Shown here piece by piece: positions 39,281-53,263 of a DNA stretch of 64,000 bases. The translations under genes and the position numbers were made by a program. The first letter of the stretch is position 1. Each line of letters starts with the position of its first letter. Source of the DNA: Eledone cirrhosa. Its lineage: Eukaryota. Under the pieces are notes generated by a model. That model saw only the letters and a program-made list of their open reading frames with translations, ran no database searches and was not told where the DNA came from. The stretch is taken from contig OZ024747.1 in the NCBI GenBank assembly GCA_964016885.1, positions 56,234,001 to 56,298,000 on the forward strand, in the 5' to 3' direction.

Positions 39281-40179
39281 ACATACATTACATACATTTA
39301 TACATATGAATGTATGTATGTTTGGTGAAGGGGTTTAATTCACAATCACAGGGTTTCTGATTCAATCCCACTCCATAGCCTTTTAGTTTAGTTTCTTCTA
39401 CTATAGACTTGGCTCGCCTTTTGGATTTCTGAAATTTCTTTGATTGTTATCAGCCTTGAAGGAACCACTATAGATGTGCTCCAAAACAAATTATCCACAA
39501 ACGTGGCATCGTTATCGTTGAACAGTTCTATAGGAAGCAAGATTGAAAAGTTGTGTTGATTTCTATGTTACCCACTTTAATTCACTTTCAGCACCATAAC
39601 TTGGCTGGTTGAGTTGCTTTTGATTGGCCAAGCAAGGTGCTGCCATTTTTAGCATCTGCCTGCAAACACCCTGGTAGCCCATTTCTTGTCAGATAACTGT
39701 TGAAAGCAGAGGCACAGCTTTACCTCTGTATAGACATGATGAGAATTTCCGGCTGTTATTAGAACTACCTGATGAAAAGAACCTCTGTTGGTAGGATTAC
39801 TTGTTGAAAAGTTCCTCCATCAGTAGAACTCCCTGTTGAAAACACCTCCCTGTCTTAATTTGCCAATAATTAATTTCCAATACTTGTAGTTGGCAAATTT
39901 TGGGGACCAAACCTAATTTGGTCCAGGTGATGGAAGTGTAAGTATTTCAAATCTTTCTAAGTTAAACTGTTGGATATTCTTAAATTTCTTTCATTGTTAT
40001 CAGCGTGTTTGTTCTATATGGGTGCTGTTTTCTTATGAAGGTATCACTATAGATGTGTTCTGAAATGAAATGTCCATGCATGTGGCATTGTTACCATTGA
40101 CCAGTTCTGTAGCAAGCAAGATTGAAATTCTGCGTTCTCTTCATATTGATCTAAATTCCACCTTTCTCTCTCTCTTCCC

Positions 40180-40250
<71 letters not shown>

Positions 40251-40436
40251 TACACATATATATACACATATATATATATAAACATCCAGGGAGTGTAATG
40301 TGGAGTTACTGTAGGTTCACCCAGGTGAGCACTCGATGTTTAGGTTCACGTTGTTATCGAGGTGTAGAGCTAGACAGAGTGTAGTATAATAAAACAAGGA
40401 CGAATGGTTACTCCTTCATTACATCTATAGATTGGT

Positions 40437-40520
40437 GATGAGCGTTTCGCAATTGATCAGCTCAAGGTTCGATCTGTATCAATCTAGCCCAACTCTGTAA
40501 TCAATGGCTTGTCAGAAATC
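40437..40520 (-). ncRNA. Degenerate hammerhead motif with long helix II
   Basis: CTGACAA-GCcATTGATTA...TGATCAATtGC-GAAA-CGC-TC; downstream CATCGAGTGC; helix I poor. Confidence 0.4.
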
Positions 40521-40562
40521 TGTGATAGTAATGACAGAATGAATATATATATATATATATAT

Positions 40563-40925
40563 ATTAGAAAGCGAGGTTTTTTTACAAAATGAAAAAAAAC
40601 CGAGGTGTCCTACACAAGTGAAAGTATAAAGAAAAAAAGATGAAATCGAAAATGAAACTGGAGTCTTATTTAAAAAAAAATATATATATTTATTTGGTTC
40701 CTTTACCGGTTTTCGCAGTTCTTCTGCTTTTCAAAAGTAGAGTTGAGATGGAGGGTCTGTGGTTTTTCTCACATCAGATGTGAGAAAAACCACAGACCCT
40801 CCATCTCAACTCTACTTTTGAAAAGCAGAAGAACTGCGAAAACCGGTAAAGGAACCAAATAAATATATATATTTTTTTTTAAATAAGACTCCAGTTGCAT
40901 TTTCAATTTCATCTTTTTTTCTTTA
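40563..40925 (-). mobile_element. HHR element family J, palindrome plus tail
   Basis: 149-nt arms around position 40776 with about 2 mismatches. Tail 40563-40626; (TA)n flanks. Confidence 0.8.
40815..40851 (+). ncRNA. Hammerhead motif with U3-A8 covariation, family J
   Basis: CTT-TTGAAAA-GCAG-AAGAA-CTGC-GAAA-ACCGG-TA-AAG, then AATAAA at 40858. Mirror copy at 40701-40737. Confidence 0.65.
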
Positions 40926-40940
40926 AATATATATATATAT

Positions 40941-41290
40941 GGAGGCATATATATGGAGCATTGGCCTTGCAATCGAAAGGTTGTGAGTTCAATTGTCAGA
41001 CCGGGTGATGTGTTGTTTCCTTGCGCAAGACACTTTATTTCACATTGCTCCAGTTTACTCAGCTGTAGAAATGAGATGATAGGGACTGGGGTCCCTATCA
41101 TTCCACTGTAAAGTGGTCGTGGAGGTGCTACGGCAAAAAAAGCACCCAGCACTCACTGTAAATGAGGTTGGTGCTAAGAAGGGCATCTAGCTGTAGAAAT
41201 CAGGCCAGAATCTGTTCCCGTCCCACCCTTGCAAGCAGGGAAAAAGTGGACGTAAAATTAAATGATGATGATGATGATGATGATGATGAT
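40941..41290 (+). mobile_element. SINE family 2
   Basis: Matches 12080-12425; ends in (GAT)n. Confidence 0.85.
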
Positions 41291-41637
41291 ATATATATAT
41301 GTAATTATACACACATACATATATATATATCTATGAGACTTTTATGAAATGCTGGGAAGGGAAGGGATAAAGTTAATGCTAATATAAAGAGTAGTATGCT
41401 CATGCATGGATTTGCTATAAAAAAGCTTATAAAAAGAGTGAAGACCCTTAAAGACAGAAAAAGCAGTTGACACCAGCCACTGTATACATATATACACACA
41501 ACCCATGCTAGCATAAAACATTAACGTAAAAGGATGATAATGATATATATAGGGGTATGTGTGTTTGTGTGTGTAAGCAATAATAACACAAACAACAAAA
41601 CTAACGGCACAATACATGGAAAAATATATTATTTTAA

Positions 41638-41856
41638 CCCTTTAATGTTCAAACCAGCCAAAACCGGCCAGAATTCTCTACCTTCCTCTGTTGAAACTGG
41701 CTGTAACTGGTCACTCAAACTGATGTTAAGGTATTGTTTTCAAAGTAAATACTTCCAAAATCTCATAGATTCGATATTATGTGCAATATTATGTGAGATA
41801 AAGCCTTTACCATGAAAATACAATAGTATATATAGAGTAATGTGAATGTTAAAGAG
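41638..41856. mobile_element. piggyBac-like MITE
   Basis: TTAA flanks; internal homology to 6275-6475. Confidence 0.75.
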
Positions 41857-41861
41857 TTAAG

Positions 41862-42432
41862 GCTTGAAATAGCAGGAATAAAGTCTTAACGTTTTGGACA
41901 CTAGTCCATCATCAAACAATAGAGTTAGTAAAAGAAGATAAATAGAAAGTAAAGAGTGATAAGAGTAAGGAATGGGGAAGATTGAAAAAAAAAATATATA
42001 TATATATATATAAATTCAATATCGAATGACATTTATATAAACATATCAAACATTAAAACAGGAGATAATTTATAAAAAATGTATAATTACAAATGAGTAG
42101 TATCTTGAAATTTAACAAAAATATTAAACGGAAATACCTGACATTCAATCATTATTTTTATCTCAGACATGAGATCGTTATTTATTTTAGTAATATATAT
42201 AGTCAATTGAATATACAAGTGTGGTTTTTTTCCAATAGGTTTTCCCTTTTTTCTCTCTTCCTTCCTGTAATCACTCTTTACTTTTTATTTATCTTCTATT
42301 TCTAACTCTATGTTCAGATGAAGAAGTAGTGTCTGAAACGTTAAGACTCTCTTCCTGCTATTTCAAGCATTAAACTAATATATTTCTTCCATGTATTGTG
42401 CCGTTTGATTTGTTATTTCTGTTTACCTTTTA
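41862..42432. mobile_element. HHR element family B, old head-to-head pair
   Basis: 41862-41990 (-) is the inverse of about 42235-42368 (+). Degenerate cores at 41883-41918 and 42311-42348. Confidence 0.6.
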
Positions 42433-43021
42433 CATACACACACAAATATATATATACATATAATATGTGTGTGTGTTTATCTGTGCTTGTGCCACATAAA
42501 TTAACAGTTTAACAGAAAGAGGTTGATGAAATAAGTACTAGGTTTATATTATTGACTAAAATACCTCCACAGGGTGCCCCTAAAAGTTCACAGTGCAAAA
42601 CTGAATAAAAGTGTGTATGAGACCACAGTAAACACTTGACCAAGATACTACGTAGAAGAAATGAACTTGGGATATCATGACTGCAAAGCTATCTTCTTAA
42701 CCATTCAGCCCTGCCTTGCTACATTACACATTAATAGCTCCAATTTTGATTCAGACACAAACATGAAAGCTGATGAATTAGCAATATAACAGACATGAGT
42801 TCTAATAGAGAATAAAACGTGTGTTAAAGCTCATAGAAATTTATAACTAAATTAAAAGAGATCTATATTGCCAGAATTGGTAATAAGGTCACATATCAAG
42901 GGAGTAAGAGATATGTTTTGGTACGGTGAGTGTTGGCATTTTTTGGTCTTACATATCAAATTGCTGTTTACTAAGTTGTAATGTTTCATATTATATTCAT
43001 AGAAGTGTATATATGTATGTA

Positions 43022-43064
<43 letters not shown>

Positions 43065-43084
43065 ATATATACATATGTATATAC

Positions 43085-43145
<61 letters not shown>

Positions 43146-43170
43146 GTATGTATGTATGTATGTATGTATG

Positions 43171-43224
<54 letters not shown>

Positions 43225-43242
43225 TATGTATATATATGTATG

Positions 43243-43277
<35 letters not shown>

Positions 43278-43382
43278 ATATGTATGTATATATATGTATA
43301 TATATATGTATGTATATATATGTATATATATATATATGTATGTATGTATATATATGTATGTATGTATATATATGTATGTATG

Positions 43383-43421
<39 letters not shown>

Positions 43422-43611
43422 ATATATATGTATGTATGTATGTATATTTTGAAAACATCTCTTTTATATCTATTCAAAATCCACTGGCTAAAATCTTATC
43501 ACACTTAAATAAGATACAACTTATTCACATGGTCTCTGTGTATGCCCTACCACCTCTTAACAAACATAAATATATCACTATATATATAGAGAGACAGATA
43601 CACATATATAT

Positions 43612-43680
<69 letters not shown>

Positions 43681-43746
43681 TAAATATATATATATATATA
43701 TATACATAGTTAGATATACATATATATACATACATATATATACATA

Positions 43747-43806
<60 letters not shown>

Positions 43807-44508
43807 TAACTATATATATATATATACATAGTTTGATATACATATATATATTGTGTGTATTTGTATGTGTACGTACACATATACACGCAAGCATACTTCC
43901 ACACACATCGTTTAGTATGGTCCAGTATTGAGTGAGGTGAAGTGATGGTAAGGGTGGTGGTGGAGGTGTGTGTGTGTTTGTGTGGAGGGGTTAACTGAAT
44001 GAAATACATCTTTGGTGCAGTTTTCGAATCCCAGCTGTGACCATTCCACTTAATATCCATCAATCAAGCCAACCATTTCACCCTCTCTCTCTCACCCTAT
44101 CTCTTTCACCATCTCTCTCAAACTTTCATTTAGCCACTCTGACCTTTTTGCCCATACCTCTTTCTCTCCATTTATCCCCCACCCCGCCCCATATATCCCC
44201 CACATATGTTCAGATTGGTGTGTATGTGTGCAAGGTTAACTCTAAACATTCCATTCCCTAAAATGTATATAGGTATTTATTTTGTATTTGTGCATGTTTG
44301 TCTATGTCTATGTAACATATTATAAACATATATATATATATACATATATATATATCTGTGTGTGTGTTTGTGTGTTTGTGTGTGTGTGTGTGTATACACA
44401 CACACACGTGCATGCACACAGCTACGCATTTCTATTGCCCAATCAATATTTATAATATTGTATGAGAAATATATATATATATTTATTTATACATATATAT
44501 ATATATAC

Positions 44509-44553
<45 letters not shown>

Positions 44554-44586
44554 CATATATATACATATATATACATATATATATAC

Positions 44587-44617
<31 letters not shown>

Positions 44618-44636
44618 CATATATATATACATATAT

Positions 44637-44761
<125 letters not shown>

Positions 44762-44800
44762 TATATACATATATATACATATATATACATACATACATAT

Positions 44801-44864
<64 letters not shown>

Positions 44865-45272
44865 CAAACACGAATTTAACGTCTGTTTTCCATGCTATAT
44901 ACATATACAATTATAAATATATTCACATATGGACAAATGGTGTGTTTATGCTTATATGTGCACATGTGTGTATGTGTTTATGCTTATATGCATGTGTGTA
45001 TATGTGTATCGGTGTTTATTTCATGAAAATGGTAATGGTCGAACATCCAATGGTACATTACCATTTCTGCTACCTATCTTGGGAATCATTTTGGTGACAT
45101 AACAAATTGCTCTACAAATGGAATCTATCAACACTGCCATACTTCCTAATGGTCAAGCTTTTCTTTGCTTTATTCATTAACTTCTTCCTTCTTCTCCCTC
45201 TCTCTCTTTCTTGCTTTTTATTGTATTTTATTTTATTTTTGTTGTTTTTGTTGTTGTTGTTGGTTATTGGTG

Positions 45273-45304
<32 letters not shown>

Positions 45305-46333
45305 TTGTTGATGTTGATGGTTATTGGTGGTAGATCTTGGTAGTTGTTGTTGGTGGTTAGTGGTGGTTGTTGTTGTTGTTGTTGGTGGTGGTTGATGTTG
45401 TTGTTGATGGTGGTTGTTTTCGTTGATGGTTGTTGTTGGTTGTTGTTAGTGATGGTTGTTGTTGTTGGTGGTAGTTGTTTTTATTGGTGTTAGTGATTGT
45501 TGTTGTTGTTTGTGGTGGTGGTGGTGGTGGTGTTGTTTATTATTGTCCATTGCTGCATCAATCTGTATCTATTTGCACTTAAATGCATGGTAAAGATACC
45601 ATTGATAATTACGAAAATTGTGTAATATTCACACCATTTCTATTAACTCTAAATATATCAAATGAATTGAGAGGTTGTTAACTTTATTCAAAATTTTCAC
45701 TCAGTTTCCTTTCATCATCGGATAGATGCATAACGCCGCTGTTGAGAGGACAACACTAAATTGGTATAGCCAAAATCGGTTGGCATTGATATGGCATTAG
45801 AATGTGGTCCCAAGGGACCACATGAGTTCAAATTATCCTGCACAGATGCCAAATATTGAAAAGGAGAAATCATTGACTGGCTCTTTTGGACGAAGCACTT
45901 AACTCCTCATACTTTTGTCAGATAAAAACTGTGTCTTTTATGAAATTACTAAATATGTTGTAACTTGATCTGTGTATTGCTGTATTGGCTTCTTGCTTTT
46001 CAGAACAGGGTTGAATTTTATAGAGGATGAAACATACATACAAACATACATTCATGCATATATATATATATATATATGTTATATGTGTTTATGTATTTTG
46101 TGAAGATGGGTGGCTGAGACGTTAGAGAATTGGATTCAAAATTGTGAGGTTGTGAGTTCAATTCCTTGAGAAAGACACTTTATTTCACGTTGCTCTGTCT
46201 GTCTGGGTATTCAACTGGTAGATAGCATAAACAATTTGAAAGACCAATGGAAACCTTGTTTCCTGGGTCTGATTTGACAAGATCCACCCCACTTGTTAAG
46301 CAAATGATGTCTGGCATCTTGTCGATCAACTGT

Positions 46334-46364
<31 letters not shown>

Positions 46365-47077
46365 CACACTCACACATACACACACACATATATATATATG
46401 TATATATATACATACAGGAGAAGGAGGTGGGACAGTGTATGTGTGTTCTTTTTAGTTGTTTTAGCTATAACAAGCTAAGACCATGAAGGAGTCTAACCAT
46501 CATATGGTTGTATTGGTATGTGTGTATGCACGCACACACACACATATCCCCACATACAAATTAAAGTACACAACATATGCATATGTGTGTGTATATGTGT
46601 ATATATAGTAATTGAATTGACTTTGATTTCGTTTTGGCACCTTGTTTTATCAAATGACCCAGGTGATTTGAAAGGCAATATAATTGAAGCTGGATACGTA
46701 CTCACAACACATGAAACTAAATATTGCAATGTGTATATATATTTCAGTGTTTTGTCATATTTATAGTCTTTAGAACATTACAGAGTTCTACACTTTTTAC
46801 CTTGCCCATAACTCATAACATTGTTGTATATGTCAGTCAAAGAACTTTACTTCTTTCCTGAGTAAGCTATACTAACGTATATCTAAAGTGACTTCTTCAA
46901 AACCACATGATTCTATGTTCAGTTCAACTCTGTGTTTAATTGGTCAACTTGGTCATCTATTTTGTCCTATGGCCATACTCTAGTGCCCCAAATATCAAAT
47001 ACTCTGTTGCGTAATGGTCTAACTGTTTTTAAACTAGTTCTAGAAAGGCATGTATATATATGTATATATATATATAT

Positions 47078-47270
47078 AACGAAGGAAAAGTGGTAAGGAA
47101 CCAGGTGGACCATAACGCACCAAAGTACTCAATACTTAGGGTAGTAGAGTGGGTAATAGGAACAGGTAAGACCCCGACGGCTGAGCTCAAGCCGTTTCGA
47201 CGGCTAATTCTGGACATCCAGAATTAGCCGTCGAAACGGCTTGAGCTCAGCCGTCGGGGTCTTACTTGTT

Positions 47271-47275
<5 letters not shown>
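47078..47275 (-). mobile_element. HHR element family A, fold-back copy
   Basis: Palindrome 47156-47275 with loop CA at 47215-47216; tail 47078-47155. Confidence 0.8.
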
Positions 47276-47317
<42 letters not shown>

Positions 47318-47611
47318 AAACAGATCTCTTTGGATTTGTACGTGTGTGTTATATAGTTATAGAGGTGCGTATGCGCATTTCAATTTATATATTTAATTAT
47401 TGTGTGTCTACCCTGCCTTCCATAGGTTATAGATTCCATACACTGGTGGTTTCCCTGTTTTATTGATGGCACACCCCCTCTCTCTCTCTCTAGTGTGTTA
47501 CCCTTTCTACATATTGTATTTTAAAGAGCTCAGGGTTCCTTGTCCTTTGAGCACATAATTTACAGGGAATAACGAGAGTCTATGGCTCCGTAAATTTATC
47601 TTTATATATAT

Positions 47612-48111
47612 ATCATCATCATCATCATCATCGTTTAACGTCCGTGTTCCACGCTTGCATGGGTTTGGATGGGGGTAGTCCCACTTGAGGCAAGAGTGAT
47701 TGTCTTGCTCGCATAGGACTGTCTGGCGGGTTTTCTTCAGCTGGATGCCCTTCCTAACACCAACCACATTTACAGTGTGGGTCTGGGAGGTTTTTACCGT
47801 GTTGCCTACACGGCCACATTACAGCGTGGACTGTGTGTTTTTTTGTCGTGACACCTACACGACCTCGTTTGTTTTGGACTGGATGTTGTGGGACCAACAT
47901 AACTTTACATTGAAAGGGGTGGTGTGGATGGGTGGGGGTGGTGGGACTGGGGTGTATTTTGTTAGAGATGCCTACTGACTGTAGTAGGCTTTACTTTGTA
48001 TTTAGGTAAGGCGGGTCTTCTCTATTACTGAGTGCCGCCAAAGGTCTCGGTCCAGTGACATTGTCTTGGAGAGGTGTAAGTGTGTGAGGTCGGAATTTAT
48101 CAGCTCGTCCC
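47612..48111 (-). mobile_element. RTE LINE 3' end (5'-truncated)
   Basis: Matches 49393-50020; (GAT)n tail on the minus strand. Confidence 0.85.
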
Positions 48112-48133
48112 ATATATATATATATATATATAT

Positions 48134-48320
48134 ATATAGATGAGATTCTACAGGACTAGAAATGTTTCATTCTTTAGAAATCATCAGATTCCTGATGATT
48201 TCTAAAAAATGAAACAGTTCTAGTACTGTAGAATCTCATCTATATTAAAACTTTTATACTCTGCAATGTATTGAGTACCTTACTTACTGTGGTTACCTTC
48301 GATTCAACCCGGAATAACGT
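48134..48320 (+). mobile_element. HHR element family C, fold-back with CTGATGA on both arms
   Basis: Palindrome 48134-48245. CTGATGA-TTTCTAAA(A/G)AAT-GAAA-CAGTTCTAG-T(A/C), then ATTAAA and GTATTGAGTAC. Confidence 0.75.
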
Positions 48321-48333
48321 ATATATATATATA

Positions 48334-48688
48334 TATTGGTAAACGGAATAGAAAATGCTGACAAATTGTTCACAGTGAAAAATAGTTTAATTAGGAATAA
48401 ATGAGAATTAGTAATTGTATTGGTTAGTAATCAGTTTTGATTTTAAGTTTTACCGGTTGCGCATTTCTAAATGCTTTTCAAAAATAATTTTGAGATAGAG
48501 CGTCCATTTGAAAAGCATTTAGAAATGCGCAACCGGTAAAACTTAAAATCAAAACTGATTACTAACCAATACAATTACTAATTCTCATTTATTCCTAATT
48601 AAACTATTTTTCACTGTGAACAATTTGTCAGCATTTTCTATTCCGTTTACCAATATATAATAACTTGTGTGTTACACCTCTATTCTTT

Positions 48689-48693
<5 letters not shown>
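48334..48693 (+). mobile_element. HHR element family I, fold-back plus tail
   Basis: Palindrome 48334-48655; tail 48660-48693. Variant cores at 48448-48484 (-) and 48508-48541 (+). Confidence 0.8.
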
Positions 48694-48733
<40 letters not shown>

Positions 48734-48800
48734 TTAGAGAGAGTGAGAGTATATTATCATCGTTTTATGTCCACTTTTCTATGCTTGCATGAGTTTCACT

Positions 48801-48846
<46 letters not shown>

Positions 48847-49392
48847 ATTTTCTTCTACCAGAATGTTAATCATAATGATATTTATTATCTTATTAATACT
48901 GCTGCTGTTTCCCTAAATTTTTCATTCATTGTCTTTTAGTAGAATTCATTTAGTTGCCGCTTTACACATGATTTCAACTCATTACGCTTCATATTCTACT
49001 ATCAATATTTTCTATCTTTCTTTGGCTTTTCCCATATATTCTTCATTTATTAAACAATAGTTATTTATTATTGTTATTATTGTCATTATTGTTATTATTA
49101 CTGATTAAATGAACTAAGATCTATCTAGATATATTCACTCACCATGAATACACCCCCGCAAAGATGATAATAATGGTCCATCGAGTGCATTTTGAAGATA
49201 GATACGCTTGCTTACAAAATTCTGTCTGACTACATAAACACCAACTTTCACTTGCATAAATCTATATATATATATGTATATAGCAATCAACTGTGTTTAT
49301 TTTCTGCACTTGAGAATTTCTAAGTTTTCTAAGAATTTAAATCCACTTAATGCTCGAACGGTTTATCTACAAATATAAATACATACATACAT

Positions 49393-51517
49393 ATCATCAT
49401 CATCATTTAACGTCCATCTTCCATGCTTGCATGGGTTTGGACGGGAGTTTTCCCACTTGAGGCAAGATTGGTTGTTCTGCTCATATAGGACTGTCTGGCG
49501 GGTTTTCTATGGCTGGATGCCCTTCCTAACACCAACCACGTGTACAGTGTGGACTGGGAGGTTTTTACCGTGTTACCTACACGGCCACATTACAGCATGG
49601 AGTGTGTGTTTTTTTGTCATGACACCTACACGTCTGGCGGGTTTTCTACGGCTAGGTGCCCTTCCTAACACCAACCACGTTTACAGTGTGGACTGGGAGG
49701 TTTTTACCGTGTTACCTCCACGGCCACATTACAGCGTGGACTTTGTGTTTTTTTGTTATGAAACCTACACGATCTCATTTGTTTCGGACTGGATGTTGTG
49801 GTATCAACATAACTTCACATTTAAGGGGATGGTGTAGATGGGGTGGGGGTAGTGGTACGGGGTGTATTTTTGTTAGAGGTGCCTACTGACTGTAGGTTTC
49901 GCTTTGTATTTAGGCAAGGCGGGTCTTCTGTATAACTGTGTAGCGCCAAAGATCTCGGTCCAGTGACATTGTCTTGGAGAGGTGTAAGTGTGTGAGGTCG
50001 GAATTTATCAAGTCGTCCCAGGTTTTTCTGGGTCTGCCTACTCCGTGGCTACCGTCTATTTTTATTGCTTTGCACTTTTTTATACAGCTGTCGTCTTTCA
50101 TGCGCATCACGTGACCGTACCAACGTAGTCTTCTCTTGAGTAAACAACATCTGATCCCTCTTATTCCTAATTTCTCCCTTTGTTCGTTTATGCTTTGCCG
50201 TTCACGTATATTACTATTACACATCCAGCGGAGCATGCAAGCTTTGTTCCTCTCCAGTCTGCGTATATCCTCTGCACACAATGCCCAGGTCTCACTGCCA
50301 TGTAACTTTGCTGTTCGTATGCAGGCATCATACAGCCTGCCTTTCATTTTAAGAGAGAACCCTTTAGCAGCCAATAGTGGTATAAGCTCTCTGAACTTTT
50401 TCCATCCCGTTCTGACTCTAGCTACTGTACTTTCAGAGCACCCTCCCCCACTGCTGATTTTGTCACCCAGGTAACGGAAGGTATCCACTCTTTCTATAGA
50501 ACCATCTGTGCAATGGAATGAGCTAGTATTCTGTGGGCACTTGCTGCTACTTATTGCACCAGAGCACCAGCCACATATAAAATCTATATTCTTAGTTAGC
50601 TTACCTGTGATCCCACTACATCTTTTATGCACCCATTCTTTGCATTTGAGACATAAAATGGAGTTTCTGCCTACTCCTTTCCTACACACTGAGCATGGCC
50701 ATTTCCCAGATGGGACCGGTGCCCTATTTTCCTTCCTACAAACTAGAACTTTAGTCTTAGACAAGTTAACTTTAAGGCCTTTTGATTCTAGGCCATGCTT
50801 CCATGTTTGGAATTTCTTCTCTAGTGCAGCCATTGATTCAGCTATGAACGTTAGATCATCTGCATATAGGAGTTTCCATGGGCAGCAGGTCTTGAACTCC
50901 TCTGTTATAGCCTGAAGGGCAATAATAAATAGTAGGGGGCTAAGAACGGAGCCCTGATGAACACCAACTTTTACGCTAAACTAAACTCTTCACTATATTT
51001 GTTGTAAATTCTAACCTTGCTGACTGTTTCTTTATACTTGGCTTGTATAGCTCTCACAAGCCATTCATCAACACCTAGTTTTCTAAGAGCCCACCAGATA
51101 ATGGAGTGGGGGACTCTGTCAAAGGCTTTCTCCAAGTCATCAAAAGTTAAGTATAGGGGTTTACTTTTAGCTAGGTACTTCTCCTGTAGTTATCATACAA
51201 TGAAAAGAGCGTCTGTGGTACTTTTACCTGGCACAAACCCGAACTGCATTTCATCTAGATCAATTCGTTCTCTGATTAGTTGCGCTATTACTTTTTCTGT
51301 GACCTTCATAACCTGGTCGATTAATTTAATGCCTCTATAGTTACCCCTATCTCCTTTACACTTGTAGCAGTTAATGATGATGCTGCTACGCCAGTCTTTC
51401 GGAACGGCCCCATTCTGTATGGCTTGGTTTACTATCCGGATGACCATAGTGTGTCCCACCATTCCAGATGCTTTCAGCATTTCAGCAACTATTTCCGAAG
51501 GCCCAGCCGCCTTACCC
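49393..51517 (-). mobile_element. RTE-clade LINE, 5'-truncated, frameshifted RT plus 3' UTR
   Basis: GKAAGPSEI, NYRGIKL, QFGFVPGKSTTDA, GVHQGSVLSP, YADD at 50855-50866, FRYLG and RRLRWYGHVMR; stop at 49910. 3' UTR has a ~140-nt duplication and a (GAT)n tail. Confidence 0.92.
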
Positions 51518-52094
51518 ATATATGTATACATACAAATATATATACATACAAACATATATATATATACATACAAATATACATACAAACATACATATATATA
51601 TATAGGAACGATCGACTTTCATCATATCGGACCGAGGGAACAATGTTTCCGTTGGTCTTTCCAATTGCTAATACTATCTATCGGTCGCAACTCCAGGTAG
51701 AAGGAGCAACGTGAAATAAAGTGTCTTGCTCAAGGACATAACACATTGCCTGGTCCAGGAATCAAACTCACAACCTTACGATTGCGAATCCAATTCTCTA
51801 ACCACTCAGCCACACGCCTTCACTACATACAAATATATATACATACATATATATATACATGCAAATACATATACATACAAATATATATACATACATATAT
51901 ATATGACAAAGTGAGGGTGTATTTGAATATATATAAAAATGTTCTAGCGATGAGTTTTTTCATTTTTATATGAACTCAAAAACACTCTCGCTTCATTTTG
52001 ATCAGAGACAACTTTTTTTTTCATTTAACTTTATCATAACTATGATTAGCTTTCTATTTAGGACAGACACCACAGCTTGAGGTCCACTATACCA

Positions 52095-52268
52095 TTCGGT
52101 AGAGGGTCGGACGCCATGCTTTGACGCATAGAGTTACGGCCCTTGCCATTCTGAGTTCAAATCCCGCCGAGGTTGACTTTGCCTTTCATCCTTACGGGGT
52201 CGATAAAATAAAGTACCAGTAATACACTGGGTAATTGCTGGCCTTGTGCCAAAAGTAGAAACAATTAT
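52095..52268 (+). mobile_element. SINE family 1
   Basis: Matches 3933-4120. Confidence 0.85.
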
Positions 52269-52774
52269 TTTATTTTACATTTTCCCATCAGTGTCTTTGA
52301 CAGCATTTAGTTGTTTTAATGACTGTTCTAGCGACAAGTTTTCTCATTTTTATATGTGTGTATATATATATTTAGAGATGATCCCTTAGCCTTTGTCAAG
52401 GCAGAATTCTAGAAGGAAAACTCTGATATAACACCTGCAACCCTGATGGTATCCAATGATGTTGAATTGTTCTTCTTTTTGGTAAATATCATCTCGGTTA
52501 AGAGAGTGGGACTGGCTTTGTGCAGTGCCTTTGCTCACTATAAAAGCTTCTCGGCACAGGCATTGCTTTATATCTGGAGATCTCTCTGCACTTGTCGTCA
52601 CATGGTACCATGGGCCCAGCACTATGTGTCAATAATTGTCACAGGTGTAGTGTTTGTACCAGAGTTTTCAAGTCGGTGGCTGGACTAAAAAGTCACACTC
52701 GTTCAGCGCATCGGTAGGGGTTCTCCTACATGGATATAAAGTAGTGGCCGTACTCGAAAACGAGTTGGCAGCCA

Positions 52775-52833
<59 letters not shown>

Positions 52834-52939
52834 AAGGGTGGCCGACCAGGCTAGAAGCTGCTAAATGTTTGTCCGGCTTCCTGTCTCTGCTTTTCAGCCC
52901 CATGGATTTTGACTATTATATTCCTTTGTTAAATTTTGA

Positions 52940-52997
52940 ATACCTGATGATGTCACCAGATTCATACTGAACTCGGTCACTGAAATGATCATAGTAT
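52940..52997 (+). ncRNA. Type I hammerhead ribozyme motif, family K
   Basis: ATAC-CTGATGA-TGTCACC...GGTCACT-GAAA-TGATCA-TA-GTAT, immediately followed by AATAAA. Confidence 0.75.
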
Positions 52998-53263
52998 AAT
53001 AAACCTTTTAAGGAATTACACCAGTCCATCCTCCTGTTATTTTATAATAATTAACCCCGTCCTCGCACCACCAACAACACAAACAAAGACGGGTGAGTTG
53101 CATTACGTCGAGTGCTCTCCCTAATAATACAACAAGGTTAACTATATGGAATGACCAGTTCTATCCAGCAAACCTAAATATATATATATCATCATCATGA
53201 TATATATATATATTTAGGTTTGTTGGTTCACCACTGGATAGAACTGGTCATTCCGTATATATA

